The notes beneath the pieces are model-generated. The model was not told where the DNA came from. It worked only from the letters and a program-made list of their open reading frames with translations, and did not search any database. The position numbers and the translations under genes are program-made. Below, in pieces: positions 23,332-36,100 of a stretch of 64,000 bases of DNA; the first letter of the stretch is position 1; the number at the start of each line of letters is the position of its first letter. Origin of the DNA: Leucoraja ocellata (lineage: Eukaryota); NCBI GenBank assembly GCA_036785375.1, contig JAWMAR010000216.1:2480001-2544000 (forward strand), given 5' to 3'.

Positions 23332-25269
23332 TGGCTCCTCCCACATTTGTTAGTTAATAACAAATGTTGCAAGATTGGAACTAATATGCAAGATTAAGGT
23401 AGAAGCTGAAGTGATATAAACTTAAAGTAAAAATTATAACGAATATTCTGGAAAAAAACTAGGTGGGGGAATTGCAGCTTGTGCAACAATGTATCACATT
23501 TTCTGGGAACTTTACAGTGAAACCATTTCATAGTCACCTGTGTTTTGACAATTTTTTTAATTTTTTTAATTTTTTTTAATGGAGTTGATTTGCTGACTAC
23601 TTTATTTTACACATTCAACTACACATATAAATCACTAAAATATTGTTAGTTAATAACAAATGTTGCAGTTTCAACTATGCCAAAACTGGGCCCATTATTT
23701 TTTCCTTTATTTCCCTGACTTAATTTGGGTTTGAGTCTGAACTGTTCACTTTTGCTGCTTTTGTGGGAAAAGAATATTCATCAATGAAAACTAAGCGATC
23801 ACTGTGACATAAATTGTCTTATTGATGGGTTTAAATGATCAGTCCATTTTCAAGCCTGTTGGTATGTCGCAAACTAGTTCTGTGGAGTTGCCTAAGTTGA
23901 CTAATACGTCTGTCAGCCTCAGTGCAAAAGGGCCTCAAATTCTCAGCCTTGGAGCAATTGGACCCTTCACTGTAAGGGGTCAATCCTGTGGTTTAAATGT
24001 GTATTTTGTAATAGGGTATTCAACGTGAACACAGTAGTTAACTGTGTAGTGTAGTCGTACAATTTAGTGGTACAATTTAGCATTTGTTTTACTTATAGCT
24101 GCTGTACTATTTAACATTGTGTGCTACATTTGCGACCTCCCCAATCCTGTTCCATGCCTCCTTTTAATTACTATCATTTATTTGGGAAAAATGTGACTCT
24201 TTCCCCTTAAGTGTACCTGGTATACCCACATGAGAGAATTTCCTGACTTGTTTGCTGTCAGTTCCTGAATACAAATAGTTAAAATAAATATAGAATGAAT
24301 GGTGGGATTCCCAAATGGATTTGGACCCTCGGCTCAGCTTAACTTACTCTTTTACCTCTTTGACAGGGCAGTTCTATCTAAACATCGCCCCCCAAACAGA
24401 ATGCTTTCTTTCCATCAGCCAATTTTTTTTAAAATTCACGACGCAGTCTCACCTTAAGTTCTCCCCGCCTTCAGGTTCCAGACTGCTGAGCAGGATTGCA
24501 CAGGCACTTGTTGTTGTGCTGCCGCCAGTACTCTGGAATCAGTCCCAGAATATAAATGTTGTGTATTTTGAGAGTACTGCCAATTAAATTAAAAAAAATA
24601 TATGTTCTGAGTATTAAAAACCTGGTATAAAATTCACGTGGCTTTGCATCATTTCTCACCTGATTAGGCTTGAATGTAACTAAACTGTTTGCCTATTGAC
24701 GAGCTGTAGTTGGCTACTAGGTGTGCCTGCTGATATCTGCGCTAAGCTGGTTGGATTTTTGTTTCCCTCGCTTTCCAAGGGACTATTGTGTGTGACTATA
24801 CTGCACCAACAAGTTGTTCCAGTGATTTCTTAGCACATTGTGTATATTTTCTTTCTCAAGACTTCGGCTGCACAAGATAAATATATCGCTGTGCTTTCCC
24901 TTTTCTGTCATCATGGCAGTGGTAGGAATGACTTCATTTTTCCATTTAACCAGGCTGTGCATTCGTGGTCAGATGTACAGGAACTCAACTTTCATTACTG
25001 AAAGTAAGATCTGATGTGCATGGGTGGAATCATAAACTACAGTGCATAAATAAGCTATTTCTGCTAATAGGTCAGAACCTGTATATCATCTAATCTAATC
25101 CTCTGTTGTCCGTGAGGCTTTAATATTATCCACTGCAATTATGGGTTGGACTAATCTGCTTGTCAAATGGTATAGCACGATCTGTTTCATGTGCTTTTGG
25201 ACTAAGGTTTTTGTGGGTGGTATATTGCTTTGCTTGTGAACAAATGTTTGTTACGTACGCAATGAACTT

Positions 25270-26077
25270 TGGGAGTGGCGGCGCCTAACGGCAGCGGCTC
25301 GACTACAGTCGTCTGTCTTTTTTTTTTTGTCTTGTTAAATGTATGTCTTTGAGTCAGTTTTTATTTTTTTTTTAGCTGTGTATATGTGGGGGGTGGTGGG
25401 GGGGGCTGTGGGGGAAACCGTTAATCTCTTCCCTGTGCGGGGACCCGACTATTCCCTGTCGGGTCTCTGATGTCTTGGGCCTAACATCGTGGAGCCGGTG
25501 GCGACCTCCGGCCAGGACTAACCTGGGGGCTCCAGTTGCAGAGCCTGCGGAACTGACATCGTGGAGCTGGCCAACTTCGGAGCGGGAAGAGCTGTGGTGG
25601 CGTGCGGCTGCGACCCGACTTTTGGAGTTCGGAGGCACCGGCAGCAGACCCGGTGGACGGGAACATCGGGAGCTCGCAGGTCCCTGGTGGGAGACCGCTT
25701 TTCCGAGCTCCGCAACGGCGACTTCTCCCGCTGGAATCGCGGGTTTAAGGACATGGAGCCGGGGTCTAACATCGCCCGGCGTGGCTTAAACTGCCTCAGG
25801 ACTTACCATCATCTGCCGGGGGCTTTAACATCGGAGCCCCAGTTCACCTCGACACTGAAGTTGGACTGCTGAACCACGGGAGAAGGAACAAAGAGAAGAG
25901 ATAAAGATTTTGCCTTCCATCACAGTGAGGAGATGTTGGAGACTCACTGTGATGGATGTTTATGTAAATTATGTTAAGTGTGGGTCTTGGATTGTGTTTG
26001 TAATGTAAAAAAACTGTAGAAATGGAATTTCGTTCAAACCCAGGTTTGAATGACAATAAATAGCATTCTATTCTATC
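25270..26077 (+). mobile_element. Apparently full-length non-coding retroposon with Rex1-type tail
   Basis: Head gtggcggcgcctaacggc, CpG-rich body, hairpin 25917-25955, terminal hairpin cgttcaaacc-ca-ggtttgaatg, then acaataaa and (attct)n. Confidence 0.7.
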
Positions 26078-26192
26078 TGCAATTTCCCTAATCCCATTAT
26101 CGTATTCCATGTCGCCTTCAGCATCCTCTCTGCACCCAATTCATTATATCTACCTCCCACCCCCCACCTTTGTAATCTTAAGTATTTATTAC

Positions 26193-27440
26193 AAACATAG
26201 AAAATAGGTGTAGGAGTAGGTCATTCGGCCCTTTGAGCCAGCACCACTATTCAATATTATCATTGGTGATCATCCAAAATCAGTACCCTGGTCCTGCTTT
26301 CTCAATATATCCCTTCGTTCCATTAGCCCTGAGCTAAATCTAACTCTCTCTTGAATACATCCAGTGAATTGGCCTCCACAGCCTTATGTGGAAGAAAATT
26401 CCACAGATTCACAACTCTGGGTGAAAATGTTTTTCCTCATCTCAGTCCTAAACGGCCTACCCCTTATTCTTAAACTGTGACCCCTGGTTCGGGACTCTCC
26501 CAACATCAGGAACATTTTTCCTGCATCTAGCCTGTCCAATCCCTCAAGAAGGTTATGTTTCTATAAGATTCCATCTCATCCTTCTAAATTCCAGTGAATA
26601 TAAGGCCAGTTGACCCATTCTTTCAGCATATGTCAGTCTCGCCATCCCGGTAATTACCTGGTGAACCTACGCTGCACTCCCTTAATAGCAAGAATGTCCT
26701 TCCTCAAATTAGGAGACAAAAACTGCACACAATACTCCAGGTGTGGTCTCACCAGCACCCTGTACAACTGCAGTAGGACCTCCTTGCTCCAATAAAAACA
26801 CTCTTGACTCTCTTGACTACTCAAATCCTCTCACTATGAAGGCCAACATACCATTTGCTTTCCTCATTGCCTGCTGTACCTGCATGCTTACTTTCAGTAA
26901 CTAATGTACAATGACACCCAGGTCTCATTGCACCTCCCCTTTTCCTAATCTGACATCATTCAGATAATCTGCCTTCCTGTTCTTGCCACCAAAGTGGACA
27001 ACCTCACATTTATCCACATTGTACTGCATCTGCCACGCATCTGCCCACTCGCCAACCAATCCCAGTCACCCTGCCGCCTCAGAGCATAGTCTTCGCAGCT
27101 CACACTGCCACTCAGCTTTGCGTCATCCGCAAACTTGGATATGTTATATTTAATTCCTTCTAAATCGTTAATATATGTTGTAAATAACTGGGGACCCAGC
27201 ACTGAGCCTTGCGCCACCCCACTGCCTCACATTCTGAAAAGGATGTGTTAATTCCTACTCTGTTTCATGTCTGCCAATCATCTGCCTATCCATGTCAATA
27301 CCCGACCCCCAATACCGTGTGCTCTAATTTTTCATACTAATCTCTTGTGTGGGACCTTGTCAAAGGCCTTTTGAAAGTTCAGATACACCACATCCACTGG
27401 CTCTCCCTTATCCATTCTACTTGTTACATCCTCAAAATTA
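26193..27440 (-). mobile_element. CR1/HER1 LINE, 5'-truncated
   Basis: AQGSVLGPQLFTTYINDLEGIKYNISKFADDAKL; colinear with 15445-16680. Confidence 0.95.
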
Positions 27441-28734
27441 CATTAATTCTCTTTCTTCTGAAGTCCAAAAAGTGAAAGCCCAACATATTCAACTTTCATA
27501 TATCAACTCCTCATCCCTAGATGAGAACATTTTGCACACTCTGCATTGCAGGTCTTCCATTCCTTGCATATGAAGGAACCCTTTGAAGTAATCCCAATTC
27601 TGGTCTCCAAGCCCAGAAAAATGTGGCTACTTTTACACTTCATACACCTTGCAATGAATTCAAACATTTTATTACCTGCGCACTTTTTTTCTAGGACTCC
27701 AGATTCCATTGAATCTCAACAATTTATAGTTCCATTCTGTTTGAATAATAATTTGCTTTTCTCATTCTTCCTGCCAGAGTGAATATCCTTGCATTTCTCT
27801 GCACTATTGTGTATATGCCAATGTCTTCCCTACTTAAAACTATAAGAGTTATCCAGCAACAAAACAAGCCTCTGAACTCCCTTTCTCTCCGACAGTCTAA
27901 TGTATTAAATAGTTGTACCATAACCTATCTGTACTTATTCACAACCTCTTTCTCTCAGTATTCCCTCAGGTGCATTTATTGTCTATGTCCTAGCCTTATT
28001 AGACCCCAAAATGCATCACCTCGCATAGTTCAGGATTAAATTACTACAGCTATTTTTTTTTTGCCTGTCTTACCAACTGATCAATACCACTGTCGTTGTA
28101 GGCTAACATCCTCACTATAAACAATGCCACCAATCATAGTGTCAATGAACTTGCTGGTTATACCACTTGCATTCCCATCCAATTCACAATAAACAGAGAG
28201 GGTGCCAGCACTGATCCTTGAGATATACCTTTGATCTCAATGGTAAAATAACCACGACCATCACCCTGTGTCTCTTATCATTGAGCTAAGTGTGGATCCA
28301 ATTTGTTTTTAATTTCCTTTAAATCGCAGAAAAAATGATGGACAATTTACTTAAGACAATCAGTACAACTTGTCTTGGCCATGTATTAAAGAATGTGCCC
28401 CTCCATGTAAGCAAATAACCTTGTTTGACAAAATAATTTTTAATTTCAACCTGCACACTAATATTCTTCTACGTTTTACAGACTTAGTTTCTCTGCTTCA
28501 GATGTCTGCTTTTCCCTTTCGGTTTTTTTTTGGTCCTTATTGTTCACAACTCAAAAGGACAATGGAGGAATCATGCAATAATGGTTGCTGATTGCTGCAA
28601 CAGACTGATGAACTGTTTGTTACTTATTGATGTGCATGGACATTGTGGACTGAAGGGCCTGTTCTGTGGTCTACTGTTATGCAGGGAAGCATCAAAGCAA
28701 GTGAACTTGCCTCCACATCACCGTCTACAGTATA

Positions 28735-28855
28735 TCTCTCGTTTCCCTTATCCCTAACCAGTCTGAAGAAGTATCGACCCGAAACGTCACCCTTCCTTCT
28801 CTCCAGAGATGCTGCCTGTTCTGCGAGTTACTCCAGCTTTTTGTGTCTATCTTTG
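28735..28855 (+). mobile_element. PLE terminal repeat (hammerhead motif, stem II damaged)
   Basis: cagtCTGAAGAagtatcgacccGAAAcGTCacccttccttctctccagagatgctgcc. Confidence 0.8.
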
Positions 28856-30804
28856 CCTTAATTTGACTTAGATTTTTTTTTGTGCGGTCAGCTGCATTTA
28901 CCACTGACCTCAGACTTTTGCCAATAAGTTTGTGGATCTCTTTGGCATGACCACCCCTTTAACTGAAGTCAGTGGTGGTTGGGTCTTAATTCAGAGGAAA
29001 TTCCAGACATCCAGTAGCTGTAATATCATTAACCCATCCAGGCAGCTACTCACATTGGTGACAAAAATCTCAACAGCAAATGGGGAAGAAACTAAAGTAT
29101 TTTAAATTTTCAGTTTGTGTGTTAAACATTTCATAGTATAAATAAAGACTGAACATTCACATATTTGTTTTAATTCCCACCTTAATTTTAACAAAATGAT
29201 TTTTAAATTAATTTGTGGTTGAACTAGTATTAAATTTTGTACTTTAGGCCCCAAGTTTCCAAAGCAGTCGATGATTTAAAAATTTAAAAAATAGCATTTC
29301 AAAAATGTTTTACCATGGATTAGTTTGTCATTAACTGAAACAGTTTTCATTTTTAATAGTTTGCATTCATCTTAATGATGTAGAGTCCAGAGTAGTGTGG
29401 TTTGTAGAAGATTGCTGTGTCACTGATGATGACTCTTGGATTTTTATACTTGGATAATGATAGCATGGAAGTCTCCAACTTGTCATCCATTTCATCAATA
29501 AATTATTGGAAATGCTATTAGTTTTTGCTGTTATTACAGCACCAAACCCTTGGCCAAGTTCCCAAAGTCTCTTTTTGAGCTTAAGTACTTAGCTTTACGA
29601 AAACATAAGGTAAGGTAACTTTTCAAAATCATTGTGTGGAAAAAATAGGTGGAGGAACTCAAAGTATGGGTAACATTTTGTATGTGAAATACATTACAAA
29701 GTCAAAATAACAGTATTTTGTGCTACGGACTGGTGAAATTGTCTATTTTCAGTGTTTCAAATTGCAAGTATTCTATTTATTTACTAGAATGTGTTTTGCA
29801 TTTCAGCCTTTTGCTTTTTCTGTTGGCTCAAAAACATTGGGCATTTTCAACATGAGGAAAAACCGCTTAGTTGCTGAAATCTTAATCTGTTTTTCAGTTC
29901 CCTTTCCTGCTCGCTTTGGTTAGAGGTTGTGCTTAATAGCTATGATCACTGAGTTGTCTTAGAGTGGATAAAACCAATTATTAAATACTACAATATCTTA
30001 AAATGATATCCTTCAATGTCCCATGGAGGAGGATCTGATCTGTCACATCGTTTAGTACGGGTCTGAGTACCTTACAATCAAGCTTTTGATGTTTATTGAT
30101 CTCAGTGTTTTTAATAATGTTACTTTCAGTTCTTCCAGGATTGCCTATAGCTGCCAACGCTGAATTTGATTTGAGAAACGGGTTAGATTCCAGTAACAGT
30201 ATTGAATGATTACAAGTGGATCAAGCATGTTATTTTACACTTGCCTCATAGACATCTTTTGCAATATTTTTGCTTTCCTTTTCATCTGGTAAATATGGCA
30301 AAGACTTTAATTGAGTACTCCTTGGTGGTTTTAATCCTTGGAAGAGTAATTTAACATGTCACTGTTGATCAAGTGTACAGGAATAAATCAATCTCAAATA
30401 TATTATTAAACTTTAGAACGACCTTCCTATTGAATTTCACAGCTTTTATGATAACCCAATGACCAGATCTGTCATGATAACTGATTGGACAACTGTACTA
30501 GTGCAATTGGCAGTTGAAATGTAGATTAAGTATCCTGAATGATGAGACAATAGTTCAGTCTGTGTCCAATTATGTCTTATTTTGTTAACCCATTTTTGAT
30601 ATGGTTTTATAGGACTTGTGCAACAAGTGAACAAGTAGCCTTATAATTGTAGAAGAGTGGTAATATAGAATTGGAAAAATAAATGCCTTTGAGAAAATAC
30701 CTTGTCAGGCTAATTTAACACACGGCTGAATAAGGATACACTTGATTTTGTAGGACAAACATTTTACAGTGTTAAATTCAAATAATGAATATAATTATGT
30801 TGGA

Positions 30805-31272
30805 ACTCATTGAAACTTATCGAATAGTGAAAGGCTTGGATAGAGTGGATGTGGAGAGGATGTTTCCACTAGTAGGAGAGTCCAGGACTAGAGGTCATAC
30901 CCTCAGAATTAAAGGACGTTCCTTTAAGACGGAGGAAAGTCGTTAGTGAGAGGGTGGTAAATCTGTGGAATTCTTTGCCAAATAAGACTGTGGAGGCCAA
31001 GTCAATGGATATTTTTAAGGCAGGGCTAGATAGATTCTTGTGTAGGAAGGAACTGCAGATGCTGGTTTAAACCGAAGATAGACACAAAACGCTGGACTAA
31101 CTCGGCATCTCTGGAGAGAAGAAATGGGTGATATTTTGGGTGAAGACCCTTCTTAGATTCTTGATTAGTTAAGATGCCAATGGTAATGGGGAGAAGGGAG
31201 AGATAGACCAACCATGATTGAATGTCAGAGTAGACTTGATGGGCCAAATGGCCTAATTCTGCTCCTATCACA
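30805..31272 (+). mobile_element. CR1 LINE 3' end
   Basis: ctcattgaaactta...aggcttggatagagtggatgtggagaggatgtttccac...gggccaaatggcctaattctgctcctat. Confidence 0.85.
31041..31153 (-). mobile_element. PLE terminal repeat nested in CR1
   Basis: 10-bp TSD tagattcttg at 31031-31040 and 31154-31163; family consensus between them. Confidence 0.85.
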
Positions 31273-32449
31273 TGACCGTATAAATTATATTAGATCTTAA
31301 TTTTAATATTTACAGCACCAAAACTGGCCTTTGGGCCCACTGCGTCCATGTCCTTGATCAGTTACCCCATCTCATAGATCAGCACTTGTTCGATAATCTA
31401 TGCCGTGGCAATTTAAGTGATTGTTTAGACATTTCGTAAATGTGGTGGGAGTGTCTGGTCTGCCACCCACTTGGAATTTCAGACTCCAGCCAGATACTGG
31501 ATGAAAAGATTTTTCCTCAGATCCCCAAGTAGTTATAAATATTACTTGTCAAAGAAAGTTGGAGGTGGAACAATTTGGGTGTTATAAACCAATAACATTC
31601 CACTTTGAGGTGAAGTATCCTGCAATGCTTTTTGGCAAAAATCAAGCAATTTCCTTTGAATCTTAATGCATTTTTTCACCAAAAAAAGATTCAAAATAAT
31701 GTCATGCTTGACACCAGTTGATCAGATATATTTGCCTTTTTAAATAGATAGAAATACTCAGTTGATGTTATTTAATTAGTTTTTTAAATGTTTGACAAAA
31801 TATTAAGTTTTATTGAATGTTGTCTCCATAGAAATGTAAGCAAAAGGCGCGATTGCCCAGCAACAATTTAATAATAATTATGTAAAATATAGTCAAGAAA
31901 ATACAAGTCTAATGCAGCATAGACAGAAAATTTTGAGATTTGTGGAATGCAGTCTGTCTTCCACCTGTGGCACTGACAAATCAATTGCAGCATTATTGCT
32001 TGTAATTATCAGTTTGCCACATCTTAATGTTGTCTCAGATTCACTTTAAAATTACTTGAACATCCAGGTGGTTTGGCATCTGGCTCACCGGTTATGTTTC
32101 ATGTTTCAGGACATCATTCCCATGATTTCTTTAAACTCATCAGGGCACAGTTCCTGTGCTCCCCAGAAACGTATTGGGATTATTTTAATCCACTATTCTA
32201 TAGTGTCATGGAGTATTAATGGGAATGATATCCAGTAGTCTGGGAAAACCTTCTAGTGCCTGAATCGGCAAAGTTGTAAATGTGCTAGATTAATGGAATG
32301 TTCCTGTACCACTGTACATATGAGGATGACGAGCCTGTGTCTGGTGTTGGTCTGGTGCCCCTCTAAACTTTGTTTAGTGGGGGGCACATTTCATTTGTTT
32401 GGCGGAGCGGGGGGAGGGTCTCTGATATTAGTGGGCTGAGTCAAGCAGG

Positions 32450-33150
32450 AGCAGAGGAAATGTACAGTGAGATGCACAAGGGTAATACTGCATTCACAAT
32501 TATCCATTGAGTGCCTCCATAGTAACGATGCATGATGGAAATGTTTGCTGTATCAGACAGAATGTATGAGAAGACTGGGGTAAAGAAGAATCCATCTCCC
32601 ACATATTGCAAGGTCACTGGCAGGTGGAAGATCACGATTTCTACTCTGGTGAACAGCGCTTTGTTGTTTTCCACCATTGTCACTTTAGCAGTGCAGTCGC
32701 TGGTGAGGCAGGTTTCTGCTTCTATAGAACATAAGCTAAGCCTGTCGGAGCTTTTCTGATTGATTTAACAGCAAGTTTTTCTCCAGCAAGAGCAGATTGC
32801 ACGCTAGTAGGAGCAGAGCGATGATTCAATGGACTTTGCCATGCTCTCGATGAGGAGTTGATAGGGTTCTGGGGATTGTGTAGCAGTCGTGTGAGCTGGG
32901 TATTGATGATCTTCACATCATTGACTGTTGGGTCCAATAAGAGTCCCGGTGGCATGGCACTGCTTAACAGGCTGTGGTTCTTCAGGATAAAACGTTTCCT
33001 CTCCAACACCAGTTCGCAGGCAGTCGCCTCACCCGTGTACTACAGATTTTGTTCTCAAACTGCTGTCATTCCAGTCAGAAGCTGGTCCTTCCAGGTTAAG
33101 TTCTCATCATAGATGTCCAGAACTCGTATTAACTTAGCTACCCTACCATA
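32450..33150 (-). mobile_element. Possible ancient non-LTR retrotransposon remnant
   Basis: Minus-strand frame near 33130-33080 reads IRVLDIYDENLTWKDQL, resembling the LGVxxDxxLTWxxH RT-thumb motif. The rest is unrecognisable. Confidence 0.4.
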
Positions 33151-36100
33151 GACAACTGGGTGGTTATCACAGGGGAGCAGTGCGCTGCAAAGTTGAGTGG
33201 GAGGGCTAGCACAGTGGAAAAGATGCCAAGGTCTGTCAAATAGATTCCAATTTGTACAATGCTTTATTTTAGATCATTTGTTAACTTTGTCCTGGCTGAA
33301 AGCTTTTGATCACACATTTTTACTTTGTAATGCTAAATAAAATACTTTTATTTGATCTTTACATTTCATATGGAAGGTTAACATTTTGCAAAACTCTGAA
33401 TGATTGACTAATGTATTGAATTGCATAACTGTAATTCAATCCAAAGCACCAGATTCAGCCAACACAGAAGGCAGATCATTGAAATATTGGTGCCAAGTGA
33501 TTTGCTTGCTTTAAATTTTTAAAAAAAGGCCTTTCAGGGTAACGCAGCGGTTGCTGTTTCTGATTTCCCCATTAATGGAGGGTGCATAATTTGTCTCTGG
33601 ATGTAGTTGCAGAAACTTAACGACACATAGAAAATCTAAGCTTTTCAACACCGCTTCACATCCACTCTATCCAACCCTTGGCCATGTTTCAGGTATGGGT
33701 TTTCACAGCTTGGACAAAACAATATCATGTTGGTTTCTTCAGGCATCATTTTTAAAAGAGCAGGAGTGATTTGAAGTTGAATCTTGATATGCTATTTATT
33801 AAGGGAAAATTCTTCCCATGACATCTCATGTAGGTATCCTTTGCTATTGGAACAATATGGTTGTGGATATCAAACTTCCCCAAATCGAAGTTCCATGAGT
33901 TGCAATAGCAACTCCATTCCAAATGGGTTCCATCATTAAGCCCTTCTCCTGAGTCAAGCACACAATATCTACAGCTGCTTGCCATTGGACCCACTTTCAA
34001 AAGTGGCTTTGAGGAGCTAAGGTTTAGCCCTCATTTCCCTCATCTACCTTGGTGCAGTTTGCCTCTAGGATTTTGTGCATTCAAAAGTGTGTGTAGTGAT
34101 TGTGGAAAAATAGCACCAGGATTTCCATGTTTTAGTAGCCTCTAAATGTAAATAATTCTTAGTTATAGTTATAGGTAATATTTATCTTGCGAATTGAAGG
34201 AATTGCCTCTTTTTTTTGCATCAACCTTTTACTTAATCTTCAAACAATTAAGAATATCATTGTATCATGTCTAATAGATGCAACTTTACATATGAAATTA
34301 ACCTTGGAAACACATCAATTCAGCCAATTGAATACAAGTTGCTTTAAGTATCACAGATGATTGAAATCTCAAGGCTGTGTAATGGATGTTGCTATTGCCA
34401 TGTGTGGTCTGGAAGTTAATAGCAAATTCAGCAGGGCATATGCACACACGTGGTGGAATGTTATCATGAGTCAACAATTGTGGGTTGGTGTCATATTGAG
34501 CTAAATAACATTCTCGATCATCTTGTCTCTCACTGTATGCTCAGTAGATTGATTTCAAGTTCCCTGCCAAAGGCCACAAACTGGGAAATATTTAGCTTGT
34601 GTTCAAATAAATGCCCTGCTGGCATTATCAATTCTTTCAGAGGCACCTGCTGAGGGTGCTGCTTTTGATGGCCCAGATTCCCTTTGTTCTCTTCTCTATG
34701 ATCCTTCCGCGTTTGCTGCTGCTCTGACTAGACGGAAAAACGGCTCTGCTTGCTTGTTAGTTAAGTCTTGCGGCAAGCTTTAGATTGAAAGAGGAGACCC
34801 ACCCTGGTGAATACTGGGGAGTGCCTCTAAGACGCAGTGCCGACAAAAAAATCTTATTTTGTGGCGTCCTGTTGTACTGCTCCTTTTAATGCTTTTGGCT
34901 TTCATCATAGCTAACCCAATCTGCAATTGCTGGTGAAGGTACTGGAATGAGGTGATATTAAAAAAATGTCTAGATAACCTCTATAACGACCTATCTATTA
35001 GGGTATTGCGGCTCCTTGTAAATTAAAAACATTAGGCAAGGCTGTCGTACAGTGTACACTTACAAACTGGTACTCAAATGGCACCAAAAACTGGCAATTC
35101 TGTATAACGTCTCGGTGTACAACTGTTATACACTTGTATTGTATTGAGATGTTTATCTAGTATGTATCTAAGTGCTGATGTACAGTGAAACACGTACTGA
35201 GCTGTACACACAAATGAATTTCACTGCACCTCGGTACATGCGACAACTAAAGTACCATTGCCAGCGTATCCTGTTAGCCTCTGAGGAAATTCCTGTCTTG
35301 GTCAATCAAAACCTGACCAGGAGCAACTTTAGAGAAGAGGTACTGGAGGCACAGTGTGAGTACACTGTATGACCCTAAAAGGAAAGTGGAGAATGCACTT
35401 TCTCCTGAAGCAAAGCACAACGTGGTTGGGCACAAATGAGGTATGATGGAAGGACCCTGAAGCTACCACATTGTGTGACAGTGATCTTAATCTCAATTTG
35501 CAGAATTGCCTGTAATTGTGGCTGCAGAAGGTTGCAGATCTTTGTGATGGTGACCTTAATGAACTTGAATCTTGCTAGGAATGTTTGACCATATAGGCAC
35601 ACTCTGGGTAGTAAGTGATTGAATTTCTGGAATGACTCATTTAATTTCATTCCAGGAGAAAATATTTTTTTCTCATTTATTTTTGTAACACTGAAATGAG
35701 CAATATTTCATGATTTGTGATTCTAGCCCCATTCCCCTTCTCCATCTCTGTATCACAATTTATTATCTATTGAAGATAATTGGAAGGCCTGGTGCAGAGG
35801 TATGCTATGTATGTGGAATGTGAACATGTATGCCAAAGCTCTGCAAACATAGGAACAAAACATTTAGAATGGTGGATAAAAAATATTGGAACCAGAGAGC
35901 ATCTTTATAAAGATTAATTTTCCAAGCTGTTTTAGGATGCACTGAGATGCAGGATATGATTAAGGCGAACATCGAATAAAATGCAAGGAATACTCAGCTG
36001 GTCAGGCAGTATTCTGTTGAGAGAGAAACAGTGTTAACATCTCAGTTCACGCATTTGTGGTAGTAATGAACCAGCAAAGTTCATGTGGAGACACTAGAGA

